Part shown: piece after piece, positions 10,106 to 20,537 of the stretch | Position numbering within the stretch: the stretch's first letter is position 1 | Layout: every line of letters begins with the position of its first letter | IMG/VR virus record: IMGVR_UViG_3300024999_000038 | Span: 32,001 to 96,000 of that record | Strand: one strand, 5' to 3' | DNA: 64,000 bases | Origin: a virus | The notes under the pieces: generated by a model | The model's input: the letters and a program-made list of their open reading frames with translations, nothing else | What the model was told of the DNA's origin: nothing | Databases searched by the model: none | Made by a program: the position numbers and the translations under genes

Positions 10106-10675
10106 TGCTATAGTTTTACCCTAAACATATTCTGAAGCCTTAGAAGTGCTATTATGGGCCTTAAAATGCAAAATAATAATAGTTGACATAGTACCATTCA
10201 ATCCTTATAATACTAAGTAATTACATATTAATTTTTAGGAGGTCGAAACCATGAACGAACTAAAAGAACTTGCTAAAAGTGCCATTGACCGCGAAGACTG
10301 GCAAGAACTTGAAAGACTAGTATTAAGGTTAAAAGATGAACAAAAAACACCTGAAATAAAATATGTCATTGCGGGGATCTACTCAGCCAGAACGACACCT
10401 AAAATTCACATAGCAAAATATGAAAATGGACATTATACTAAGTGCCAATGCCGATGTCAGGGAACACAAGGACTTCAAAAATGGGAATTAGAAGAATTTT
10501 TACTAAAAGGCAAACTTGAAAATTATAGATTTGGATTGACTGATATTACCATAGAAAAATGCAAAAAATGTTTTAAGTAAGAGCTAGTTGATAGCTCTTT
10601 TTTCTTTGCTTATGCTATAGTTTTACCCTAGATACATTTAAACCATTTAGAAGTACCATTATGGGCCTTAAAATC
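10106..10675 (+). repeat. Two closest copies (10106-10168, 10613-10675) of the ~60-bp post-terminator element
   Basis: TGCTATAGTTTTACCCTA ... TTAGAAGT..ATTATGGGCCTTAAAAT in both. Confidence 0.9.
10251..10580 (+). CDS. Hypothetical Cys-rich protein
   Basis: TTGACA-17-TATAAT promoter 10183-10211, AGGAGG RBS, CQCRC...CKKC, terminator 10579-10607. Confidence 0.85.
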   Translation: MNELKELAKSAIDREDWQELERLVLRLKDEQKTPEIKYVIAGIYSARTTPKIHIAKYENGHYTKCQCRCQGTQGLQKWELEEFLLKGKLENYRFGLTDITIEKCKKCFK

Positions 10676-10755
10676 TAATATAATTAATATTTGACGTTTG
10701 TATAATTACTATGGTATTATGTATCAGTAATAAATAAAATTGGAGGTTATAAAAT

Positions 10756-11235
10756 ATGAAAGCATTTGACTTTGTAAAAATCCAGAATATCGGCGTAGGT
10801 AAAATTCAAAGTATATACGATGGTTATGGGGCAACCATTAATATTTGTTATACAAATTATTATAGGGATCTATCAGAAGATACAGACATCGAACCATCTA
10901 CAGAAAAAGAATACATAGAATTTATCAAATTTATGGTTAAAGAGTTAACCGCGAAATCTAAAAATAAAAGGAGCGAGGCAGCACAATATAATAAAGATGT
11001 TGAAGGAGAAGCCACCAGGAGAAAAGGTAAGGTTAGTATAATTAATGGCAACTATGCTTTTGGGCTTTGTGAAAATTCAATATCTAGCTATCATAGAGGA
11101 TTACTGTCCGATGCTAAAAAAGCAAAGGAACTAAAAGAAAAATTGAAAAAGGAAATAGCATGGTATAAACACAGAGATAAATTAATTAAAGAGGCTGAGA
11201 AGGAAAGAAAGAATAAGGCAAAAAATGCAGGGTAA
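10756..11235 (+). CDS. Hypothetical protein
   Basis: TTGACG/TATTAT promoter 10691-10720, GGAGG RBS, terminator 11242-11272. Confidence 0.85.
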   Translation: MKAFDFVKIQNIGVGKIQSIYDGYGATINICYTNYYRDLSEDTDIEPSTEKEYIEFIKFMVKELTAKSKNKRSEAAQYNKDVEGEATRRKGKVSIINGNYAFGLCENSISSYHRGLLSDAKKAKELKEKLKKEIAWYKHRDKLIKEAEKERKNKAKNAG

Positions 11236-11721
11236 ACCTCTAAAGACTAGAAATAAAATTCTAGTCTTTTTTATGTTCATTCAGCCGGATCAACTCATTT
11301 CCCCATTTCAATCATTCACAAACTAAAAATACACGCACAGAAACAGCCATTCTTGCCTTTAGAATCAATTGCCCTTTATAATCTTACCTTAATACATTTT
11401 AAACGTCTCAGAATCAAAATAGGGTTATTTGTAGCTATAGATCCCATGTAAATATAAAAATAATATTAAATAAATAGCTATACTGCGTATATGGTAGCAA
11501 TCAATAGATAATACCATATAATCAACTGTAAACAGGTTAAAACATGATTATTTGAGAATGTACAATATTATTTTGAATATGTTATACTTAAGAGTACCAT
11601 AAATACATAAATAATTTGAAAGGAGATAAAAGAGATTTTTATTAATATTTTCGGTTATACATAAATAGGTTATTATTGATAAAGGGTTATAAAATAAATT
11701 AATTACAAAAAAGAAAGTAGG

Positions 11722-12498
11722 ATGAAAAATATAAGTATTTCAATTAAAAATCATATTGGAGAAACAAATACCACGGGCTACGGCTCACTAATGACTGTTA
11801 TTAATTATATAGATTATAGAAATATTATTGTAAGATTTGATAAATCGGATTATGAAAAAAATACAAGTTACGAACAATTCAAAGATGGTAGAGTTAAAAG
11901 TCCATATTGCAAATCGGTACATGGTGTAGGATTTTTAGGGGAAGGTAATTATACAAGTAGAATGGGTGAAGAAAAGGCTCCTCAGTATGTAGCGTGGAAT
12001 AATATGTTACAAAGATGTTATTCCGCTAAATTCCAAGCAACAAGACCAACATACATAGGGTGTACAGTTTGTGAAGAGTGGTTAAATTATCAGAATTTCG
12101 CAAAATGGTATGACGAGAATTATTATGAGGTAGAAAGTAAAAGTCAGCGCGGAATGAATCTCGATAAAGATATATTAAAGAAAAATAATAAAGTATATTG
12201 TCCTGAATTTTGCGTTTATGTTCCAGACAGAATTAATTTATTGTTTTTAAAGAAAGATGCAAATCGAGGTAATTTGCCAATAGGTGTAACAACAGAAGGT
12301 AAAAAATATTCTTCTCATAGTGTTATTGATGGTAAAATTGAGCATTTTGGAAATTTTAAAACTCCAGAATTAGCTTTCAATGCTTATAAAAAGTTCAAAG
12401 AAAAATATATAAAACAGGTTGCCGATGAATATAAAAATAAAATACCAAAAATATTATATGATGCATTGTACAGATATAAAGTAGAAATCACGGATTAA
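11722..12498 (+). CDS. HNH-type homing endonuclease with AP2-like C-terminus
   Basis: YVAWNNMLQRCY...YIGCTVCEEWLNYQNFAKW...LDKDIL...YCPEFCVYVP; LPIGV...G.F.TPE.AF.AY. Confidence 0.8.
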   Translation: MKNISISIKNHIGETNTTGYGSLMTVINYIDYRNIIVRFDKSDYEKNTSYEQFKDGRVKSPYCKSVHGVGFLGEGNYTSRMGEEKAPQYVAWNNMLQRCYSAKFQATRPTYIGCTVCEEWLNYQNFAKWYDENYYEVESKSQRGMNLDKDILKKNNKVYCPEFCVYVPDRINLLFLKKDANRGNLPIGVTTEGKKYSSHSVIDGKIEHFGNFKTPELAFNAYKKFKEKYIKQVADEYKNKIPKILYDALYRYKVEITD

Positions 12499-12734
12499 AC
12501 AATTAAGAGGGTTTTCAGCCCTCTTTCCCTATATTCAACTAACCCCAATTAAATTCCATTCTAAGGTCACAAAACATAATCACACGTAGTCCTATACCTT
12601 TATAGATCCAAACGTCTTAAACTCTATCTGGTGTCCTTAAAATCAATTACACGGCATCTTCTATAATTTCATTTATAAGATTCCTTTCCTAAATATAAAT
12701 ATAAAATTTATTTTTATAAATGCCTAAAATGCTA

Positions 12735-12763
12735 TTGCAATTACTGTCAAGATGCTTTAAAAT
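12735..12763 (+). promoter_or_regulatory. sigmaA promoter heading the long operon
   Basis: TTGCAA-17 bp-TAAAAT with an A/T-rich UP-like region upstream. Confidence 0.75.
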
Positions 12764-12769
12764 GAGTAC

Positions 12770-13280
12770 ATAAGAGGGAACAAAGAAAACCTCTTGAAGA
12801 ACTAGTCAAAGTCAATTATTCATTTGAATCTAAAAATAATTATACATAAAGGAGGGCAATAACCACAAAGTATCTTGTGGCGTGACTAGGAAAACAACCT
12901 AGCACGAATTCTGTAAAAAGAGTTGAGACGATCTTTGAAAACTGAATTAAGAGACTAGCCAGCCAACACTTGTCAAATAACATACATTAGAGTATTCTTT
13001 TAGAATATCCTCTGAGGGTTAGAATCAAGAAAGTGGTAAAAAATTCGAGTGCGATATGGGCTAGTATAAGCAAAAAAGAGAGAATTAACCAAAAACATTC
13101 TACTAAATCCCTTTAGTTTATCATTATTACAATTTAACTATAACAATTGCATTAAACATGCATAACAAAATTAAAATGTAGGTTGATTGTAATTTAATGT
13201 TAGATTAATTATACTTAGAACTAAAGGGATTAATTTTCCGCAAGGTGTGAGCTTATGACAAATGAGTTTAGACCTTGTGA
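12770..13280 (+). ncRNA. Structured untranslated leader (putative antitermination RNA)
   Basis: No long ORF; hairpins AAGAGG/CCTCTT, CCACAA/TTGTGG, CTAGG/CCTAG, long-range ACTAGCC (12954)/GGCTAGT (13059), AATCCCTTTAGTT/AACTAAAGGGATT. Confidence 0.55.
12930..12947 (+). promoter_or_regulatory. rrn-type boxA antitermination element
   Basis: GATCTTTGAAAACTGAA matches the Firmicutes rRNA-leader boxA consensus. Confidence 0.7.
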
Positions 13281-13310
13281 AAAAATTTAAGAATGAAAGA
13301 GGTTATAATT

Positions 13311-13475
13311 ATGAAAAATTGTAAAACTGTTAACGGACTTGTAAACACGATCAAAAAAGGAGAAGTTGCATTATTGAAGGTGTGGGACATAATGGATGGT
13401 ATTGGCGCAGAAGGAAAAGGAGCATACTTAAATTTAGGTGAAGGGAAATTCAGAGGAAAATTGGTTATTAATTAG
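13311..13475 (+). CDS. Small hypothetical protein
   Basis: GAAAGAGG RBS before ATG 13311. Confidence 0.7.
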   Translation: MKNCKTVNGLVNTIKKGEVALLKVWDIMDGIGAEGKGAYLNLGEGKFRGKLVIN

Positions 13476-13558
13476 GGAATGGGTTGTAGATCAAGATGGT
13501 ATATGGTGCAGTGAAGACACAAAATACTCTAGATTTTATCAATAACCTATCCCAATCA

Positions 13559-13590
13559 AAAAGACATTTCTTGGGAGTGTCTTTTCTCTA
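13559..13590 (+). terminator. Terminator-like hairpin inside the operon
   Basis: AAAAGACATTTC-ttg-GGAGTGTCTTTT with a short U tail. Confidence 0.5.
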
Positions 13591-13656
13591 TTGTATTAAA
13601 ATCTGATATGATAGAGGAAGGACATTTAAAGTCCTCAAAAAAGGAGAGTATTTTTA

Positions 13657-13821
13657 ATGAACAAGACATCAAATTATTATGAGCAAGTCGGAGACAATCT
13701 AAAAGGTGGAGAGGCCACAAGAGCATACCGACAAGCGCAAAATCAACTAAACCCTTCTGAACCAAATTATTTAGAAAATGTCAAACGAATCCAAAACAAA
13801 ATTATCAAGTCACTATCTTAA
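13657..13821 (+). CDS. Small hypothetical protein (54 aa, not in ORF track)
   Basis: AAGGAG RBS; MNKTSNYYEQVGDNLKGGEATRAY... Confidence 0.7.
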   Translation: MNKTSNYYEQVGDNLKGGEATRAYRQAQNQLNPSEPNYLENVKRIQNKIIKSLS

Positions 13822-13910
13822 AGTTTATTGGTCATTAGCAACAACAAAACATAAATAACAGCATAACAATTTTGTTGCTAGTGTCGAATCAATTTAAAGG
13901 AGTGGTAAAA

Positions 13911-15254
13911 ATGTCTGAAGAAAAAGAAATTACCTACACCACTGAAAAACGAGATATTGGAACATTAGTGGAGCATATCGAAAAGCAATACTACACCGTG
14001 GGCAAACATCTTCAAAATTTTCTAGCCGACAAAAAGGAAGCTGAAGGCAAAGAACTAAAAACCCTTCGTGAATTTATGGAATCTCAACGTGGTTATGTTT
14101 GGGAAACTTGGAGAGCATCAAATTTAATTCAGACTGTCTTGCTTAAAAATCCTATCCCTGAAATAACAGTTTACAGAGCCGATGATAAATCACAGTTTCG
14201 CAAAACAGTCGATGGGCAACAAAGACTAACGTCAATTTACCTTTTCATTAATGATGGATTTAAGCTTGACATGAGTAAAACCATGTTTCCTAAATTCACA
14301 ATTGAAGGTGAGCAATTCAACGCTACTGAAACTCTTCAAGGCAAAACATTTTCCCAATTACCTGAACTATGGCAAGACGTTATTCGCGGTTATCAACTAC
14401 GAATAACAACTATGAACAATTGTAGCGAGGAAGATGCTGAAAAAGCATTCGTTCAAATGAATAGCGGTGCTAAAGGGCTGAAAGCTTCAGAAATTCGCAA
14501 AGCAGCAATGGGAACTAGTACACGAAAATTCTTTAGATCAATATTGGATTCTGATTGGGTATTACACGCACTGACCGCACTATCAGCAAAGGGCAACGCT
14601 GGAGACGAAATATTATCACAAGTCATAACATTAGTACATAACAATTGCCCTGTTGAGTTGTCAAAAGACAATATTGACAAGGTTATATATGGGTTCAGGG
14701 AATTAGGACTACCGGAAACCCTTGAGGATGACATGATAAATATCTCCAATTTTCTCAGCCAAGCAACAAATATCTGGATTGAGAACAAGAAGAAAGAAGA
14801 TGCAAAAGAGGGATCTAAGAAAGGAAAGCAGGTTAAAAATTATTCGACTTATCGCTTTACATGGTTAAATAAAACCAATACTGTGATGTTAGTGTATTCT
14901 GCTTATCAAGCAGTAAGAAATAATGTTGAAGTCGAAGAGTTCTCTGCATGGGCATACAACTTCTTTCAATTTCCTACAAAGGAGTATAAGGAGGGTTTAC
15001 AGGACAAAGCGATTGATTTAAAACGTGTTGAAATGCGTATGAGTGCAATTAATGTAGAATTGGGGAAACTAGGTTCTTTTGAACAAGTTCAAGAGGTTGA
15101 GGAAATCATTGAAGAACAATGGGAACAACCTCTGCAAGCTGAAAACCTCAAACCTGTCATAACACCAGACCAAGAAGAGTTGGGCGAAAGCGCAGAAAAC
15201 AAAGAAGAAGCAAAACTAATTCTAAGTATTGCAAATAATACTAATGTTGCCTGA
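13911..15254 (+). CDS. DUF262 (GmrS-like, ParB/Srx fold) domain protein
   Basis: QRGYVW...SNLIQTVLLKNPIPEI...VDGQQRLTSI...AFVQMNSG..L..SEI; AAAGGAGTGG RBS places start at 13911. Confidence 0.85.
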   Translation: MSEEKEITYTTEKRDIGTLVEHIEKQYYTVGKHLQNFLADKKEAEGKELKTLREFMESQRGYVWETWRASNLIQTVLLKNPIPEITVYRADDKSQFRKTVDGQQRLTSIYLFINDGFKLDMSKTMFPKFTIEGEQFNATETLQGKTFSQLPELWQDVIRGYQLRITTMNNCSEEDAEKAFVQMNSGAKGLKASEIRKAAMGTSTRKFFRSILDSDWVLHALTALSAKGNAGDEILSQVITLVHNNCPVELSKDNIDKVIYGFRELGLPETLEDDMINISNFLSQATNIWIENKKKEDAKEGSKKGKQVKNYSTYRFTWLNKTNTVMLVYSAYQAVRNNVEVEEFSAWAYNFFQFPTKEYKEGLQDKAIDLKRVEMRMSAINVELGKLGSFEQVQEVEEIIEEQWEQPLQAENLKPVITPDQEELGESAENKEEAKLILSIANNTNVA

Positions 15255-15912
15255 ATTGTAAAATAATTATTTTGGGAATTAGTCTTAATTCCCTTCTAAG
15301 TTCATACTAAATGTGATAAACTATATATCATAAGAGTATGAGTTTAGAAGGCAGTTGTGGTTAATACCTATAACAATTGACCTATAACAATTGAAGGAGC
15401 GTGTTGAAAATGAGTATTACAATTATTAAATTAACCCATAATCTAGAAGAAATTAAGCCAGAATTTAAAAACTGGAATTATTTATCCCAAACTCAAAGAA
15501 ATTTCCTTGAATCTTACAATGAATTCAGAATAACAAATCATGGTCAGGAAATGCTAATTTATCAAGGAAGGTTAATTGTTGCTAGTTGTTCAATATCAAT
15601 GACTTATCATGATAAAATAGTTATTGATAGTATATGGACAAAGGAAGGAGAAATAAAATGAACATAAAAGAGGTAGCTCAAGCAATGCAGGAAATTGAAT
15701 TTGTCTTATTTAGTGTTAAAAATGGTGACAGATTACATGCCGGAGAAGTTGAGCGAGCACACAAAAAGGCTCAAGAAATCATGGAAAGACATTTAAAACC
15801 TATGGGAGCATTTGAATAAAGGTCGAAACTAGTATAACAAATTAGTTGTACTAGTCCAAGGGTTAAGCCCTTACTGACGATGACCAAATATATTAAGAAA
15901 GAGGTTTTTGAA

Positions 15913-16695
15913 ATGACTAAAACATTATCAACTAAAACATTAGTATTCGAGGGTGCAGGATGGGACGGAGCAGAAGTTAGTACCAAGTCTGGCGTAGGAA
16001 ATTGCAGAATCAGAACTCGTATTCGTAATATTGAAGGTAGACTTATTTATCTAGAATTGGGTGGCACTCAATTTTCAGGTAAACACATTCCAACATATGC
16101 AAAAGGTTTGAATTATGCTTCACACATTGACCATGTTTTTTATGATGATTCTAAATGGGACTCAAAAAGAAATTCTTCTGGAGCATTGTCACATATTCGG
16201 AATATCCATTTTGAGTATAACAAATCATCAATACTCAATTTTGTCAATAAAAATCTTAATTGCTCATTTAATGACATAGAAATAATTAACAAAGGTTTAC
16301 ATGTCCATGATACTGAAGAACCTCTCTGTGATTGCAGTCGAGAAGGTTACATACCATTTAAACAGATAGAAATAAATATTTCTATCTTAGACGGAGTTAA
16401 ACCTATGCAGGATTATAGTGATCGGAGATTAGGCCAATATAAAATCAATTATGATTTTGTCAAAGATTTACCTGTCATTGATAAATGGATTAAAGACAGA
16501 ACAGAGCGAGAACAGCAGGGTTTCCCGAATTATACTTATTATTTCAGTATTAGATGGGATCAAAATGGAATCATTAATAGTCTTGAGTTGTCTGCTAGAC
16601 AAGGTTTTTGTACAATGGGTTTTAGTGCTGAAGACTTGGAAAATGTAATTAATTTTATCAAATTATCAAATGCTAAAATCACATTATCTGCATAA
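15913..16695 (+). CDS. Hypothetical protein
   Basis: AAAGAGG RBS before MTKTLSTK; long ORF. Confidence 0.8.
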   Translation: MTKTLSTKTLVFEGAGWDGAEVSTKSGVGNCRIRTRIRNIEGRLIYLELGGTQFSGKHIPTYAKGLNYASHIDHVFYDDSKWDSKRNSSGALSHIRNIHFEYNKSSILNFVNKNLNCSFNDIEIINKGLHVHDTEEPLCDCSREGYIPFKQIEINISILDGVKPMQDYSDRRLGQYKINYDFVKDLPVIDKWIKDRTEREQQGFPNYTYYFSIRWDQNGIINSLELSARQGFCTMGFSAEDLENVINFIKLSNAKITLSA

Positions 16696-16817
16696 CAATT
16701 CACAAATACCAGTTTAATTATTCTCTGTACCGCGCTATACTGTGTTAAATCCAAATATAATATAGTGCGGTACGGAGAGCATTTAAGCTCTAATAAAATT
16801 CTAGGAGGTTTATTATT

Positions 16818-17228
16818 ATGACAGTTAAAGCATTTGTAAAAGATTGTAAAAACAATAGTTGGAATGAGGTAAAAATTATTGATACTGAAACAGGAGAATT
16901 CACCCAATATAATACTAATAAAAGTATTGGGTTTCCTTTCGGCAATCCGTATACTACCACAGTTTTTCAAATGGGGTATAAATCAGTTGATGAGTGTTTA
17001 AAATCTCTTAAAAAAAATAATTATCTAGGGGATGAGATAGGCTATAAGAAGCAAAAAGAATCGGAAAGAATAGGTTATATTAAGCTAGGAATGGAAAGAA
17101 TTAAGCGAGCAGGGAGAGTCAATACTACAGACTTTGAGGACATTTGCAACAAATTAAATAAATATGGTATGGGTTTCTGTGATGCTCAGAATTCAATTAT
17201 CGAATGTCATTTGCAATGTATAAACTAA
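16818..17228 (+). CDS. Hypothetical protein
   Basis: AGGAGG RBS. Confidence 0.8.
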   Translation: MTVKAFVKDCKNNSWNEVKIIDTETGEFTQYNTNKSIGFPFGNPYTTTVFQMGYKSVDECLKSLKKNNYLGDEIGYKKQKESERIGYIKLGMERIKRAGRVNTTDFEDICNKLNKYGMGFCDAQNSIIECHLQCIN

Positions 17229-18431
17229 AAGGAGTGATTAACATGTTAATAGGTAAAAAAGTTAAAATTATTCCACACGAAAATTTAAGTGATGATTATT
17301 TTAACTTAAATGGTACTATTGTCAATTATCAAGAAGAGGAAGAAATTAAACGAAATCCAGAACATAACAATAACACAGAGCCTGCAGGAAAAATTATTTC
17401 TATGTATCAAATCGAATTTTACCAATTACCAAGGAAAGAAATGTGCAAAAAATTATGGGTATTTGATGATATGTTTAAAATTATCTGATTTTAAGTTTAT
17501 TGGTCATAAGGTAGCAAAATTATATAACAGATTGTCTGCTACCTTGCGTCGAATTAATTTAAAAGGAGCGTGTTAACTATGAATATAAAAACTGATGGCG
17601 TTTGGGTATGGACTGCTAAAGCTGAACAGGTCGCTAAAGAATTGAATCTAGAAGAAAGGAAAGAAAATATCCCTGCATGGTTAGGTTATGAATTACTAGG
17701 CCAATATGCACCTCAAAAATGGGTTGAACTTGTATATGTTAAGGAATCAAAATGTCAAGTATTAATCCATAATTCAAAAACTAAAGAATCAGAATGGATC
17801 AATGGAATTATAACAGGGACTTCAGCCGGAGACGTTGGAGAAGACTTCGAGCGAATTAATGTAGTAGAAAATGGAAATAATTATATTGGTTGTCATCCTA
17901 ATTGTGTCAGGTACATATAATTATTTTGCTGTATAACCAATAACAGCAAGCCCTATAGGGTTCGATGGTATTCCTATAAAATACCCTTCAATATTTTAAA
18001 AGGTGGTTAGATTATGTATATTGACTATGATTATAAAGGTTCTACTGCTTATAACTCAGTTATGGGAGCATCTAAACAAGGTTTAACTAATAGAATCCCA
18101 TACACCAAAAACGCTATTAAATTCCATACGGAAAATAACAATCAAGGACAAATAAAGTTTTTTTACTGGTGAACTTCAATTGATTAATAAAAGGTTGAAG
18201 TCTTTGAGTTATTAAATAATTATTTTCAAATTTACTCTATCTGACGTTTTCAAGTCTGTGATGATATGATACAATAAGTCATGGACTTGAAGCAACAAAT
18301 AATTATTTTGGTAATGCCTAAGCACCTGCAATCTATATAACAGACCATAACAATAGGTTGCAGGTGTTTGGAGTTTATCAAGGTATAAAGATGTGATAGA
18401 CTAAAGAGGAAGAATTAAGGAGGAATACATA

Positions 18432-18869
18432 ATGTTAGAATTAAAGTATGGTGCAATTGTCAAGCATAATGACCAATTAGGGGAATTAGTCACAGAAGAT
18501 GGTAAATTTTATTTTCATCCTGTCAAGTATGGCAATTATTATTGCTCAGACCTAACTGAAGCAACTGAAGAAAATATTCAAGAAACTTCCCACGATGAAA
18601 AGATTGAATATCTCAAACAAGAGTTCCCATGGGGAGAAATTATCAAAGTTCATAACATTGGTGAATATGTTATTTTTGAGTATATTAATGGATATGACCT
18701 TAGAAACGAAGAAAAAACAACTATTATGTTCCATACTTATATGGATTACAAGAATATTGCTAGGTCATATCATTCTCTAGATTCTTGCTTAATCGGCACA
18801 TTAGCGCACAAATATGATGGAGCCAATAGTCAGGCAGCTACATTTTTTAGGCGTATGGTTAAAATGTAA
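18432..18869 (+). CDS. Hypothetical protein
   Basis: AAGGAGG RBS. Confidence 0.85.
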   Translation: MLELKYGAIVKHNDQLGELVTEDGKFYFHPVKYGNYYCSDLTEATEENIQETSHDEKIEYLKQEFPWGEIIKVHNIGEYVIFEYINGYDLRNEEKTTIMFHTYMDYKNIARSYHSLDSCLIGTLAHKYDGANSQAATFFRRMVKM

Positions 18870-19203
18870 ATCCCACGAAATACGAATTTCGAAGTATTTT
18901 AAATTAGAAAGGAGTTTTAAAAATGTTTGAATGGATTGTAGAAAATACTAGAACTGTAGAGGGGATTATAAACTTATCAAAACAAGATTTATATTATGCT
19001 TGGAAATATCTTGAAGAGGACAGAATTGAAATGTCAAGCGAAGTTGTTAGTGAATTAGCTACTCAAATGTGTTTTAATTATTAGGGCAGTCAGTGCCCTT
19101 TAAAACCTCCAAATCTGTATAATAATCATAACAGCACACTTACATAGGTTGGAGCGTTTAAAGGATATTGAAATCCTAAATAAAATTAAGGGAGTTGTAT
19201 TTA

Positions 19204-19542
19204 ATGGAATTTGATATTAAAAAATCTTATTGGTGTGAAACTGGAAAATTTCAAGAGGAGATAGATAAACTTAATGATTTAATGCCGGACTATGGATATA
19301 CAACTAACGATTATATGAATTTATTTGTTGCAATTTCAAAAGTTTATTATCGTAAATATAACGATGGTGATTCAATTTTTGAATTTGAAAGGATAGTGGA
19401 AAAATATATTGAACCTTTTACAGAGCAAATTAACTTCAATTCTAATAAGGATTATGAAGGGCATGATCTTGAAAATTTAGTTGATAGGGTAGTCGAATTT
19501 ATCAAGGATAAAGATTTAAGGTATGAAAGCATTGAATCTTAG
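19204..19542 (+). CDS. Hypothetical protein
   Basis: AAGGGAG RBS; ATG 19204. Confidence 0.75.
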   Translation: MEFDIKKSYWCETGKFQEEIDKLNDLMPDYGYTTNDYMNLFVAISKVYYRKYNDGDSIFEFERIVEKYIEPFTEQINFNSNKDYEGHDLENLVDRVVEFIKDKDLRYESIES

Positions 19543-20276
19543 GGCAATCAAAGCCCTTCTAAACCCTTCTGAACTCTCATATCAGCCATAACAGCCAACA
19601 CATTATAACACCACGACTATGAGCGTTCAGGAAAGTATTAAAACCTTAAAATAAATAAAGGAGGAACGCATCAATGAGCAAATTAAAATTACTCCAAGAA
19701 TTCAAAGTAATCTGTGATACTCATCAAATTCCATTCACTTTTGAAAACTTCGAAAAGCTTATCGCTCATATTTCTAAATAATCTTACATATGCTATATTA
19801 AAAAATAAATCCAAAAATAAATTATGAAAGAAGGAATTCCAATGCAAAAGTTTGAGAACTCTCAAAACTTAACCCTGAATGCTTCAATTCTTAATTCCTT
19901 ATATCTAGGTAAAAAATTAGTGTATAGATTCTTCAAAGGAGAAATTATAAATATTGCTTATTATTCAGACCTTGAACCTGTTCCATATGCTGAAGTGAGA
20001 CTAACACTATGGAATAACCGGACAGTCACTAAGATTATGAAGTTATCTGATGTGGTTATTGTTGCTTCCAGTAAAGTTAAGAAGGAAAAGAAATCAAAGA
20101 AATCCAAGGTAGCAGCATAATTTGTGTAATTTAATAGGCATTGCATAAAGCGTAAAATAATTATAACAATTGTCATTCATACGCTCGCTCATGCAATGCA
20201 ATTTTAAAATACATTGGTTAGAATGTATTAGTCGTTTTAACTATAACAAAAGCATTAAGGAGGTCGCCCAACTACT

Positions 20277-20537
20277 ATGTCAAACATAAATGTATTAAAA
20301 TCTAATTATGATATCATTCTTAGAGAAGCAAGTCAAAAAGGATTTACTTATACTGGAGATAATTTATTATCCTATATTCAGTGGAAATCAAAAGGATATA
20401 TGATCACAAGAGACCAGAAGGCGTTCATTATGGTTTATCTCTGGAATAAAGGTGAGAACAGAAGGAAAGTATTAACTGGACTCTTTACATCAGAGCAAGT
20501 TAAGAAAACTCGATGCAATCAATTTAGTATGGTATAA
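20277..20537 (+). CDS. ArdC N-terminal-like ssDNA-binding domain protein
   Basis: LLSYIQWKSKGYMITRDQKA...LFTSEQV resembles the TY.QW...G..V.KG.KA...F...Q motif. Confidence 0.6.
   Translation: MSNINVLKSNYDIILREASQKGFTYTGDNLLSYIQWKSKGYMITRDQKAFIMVYLWNKGENRRKVLTGLFTSEQVKKTRCNQFSMV

Noticed and set aside
12770-13280. tRNA, rRNA fragment or known riboswitch
   Set aside because: No cloverleaf, T-loop or recognisable aptamer consensus; only the boxA is recognisable.
13911-15254. Complete GmrSD type IV restriction enzyme
   Set aside because: No DUF1524/HNH motif seen in this or the adjacent ORFs.
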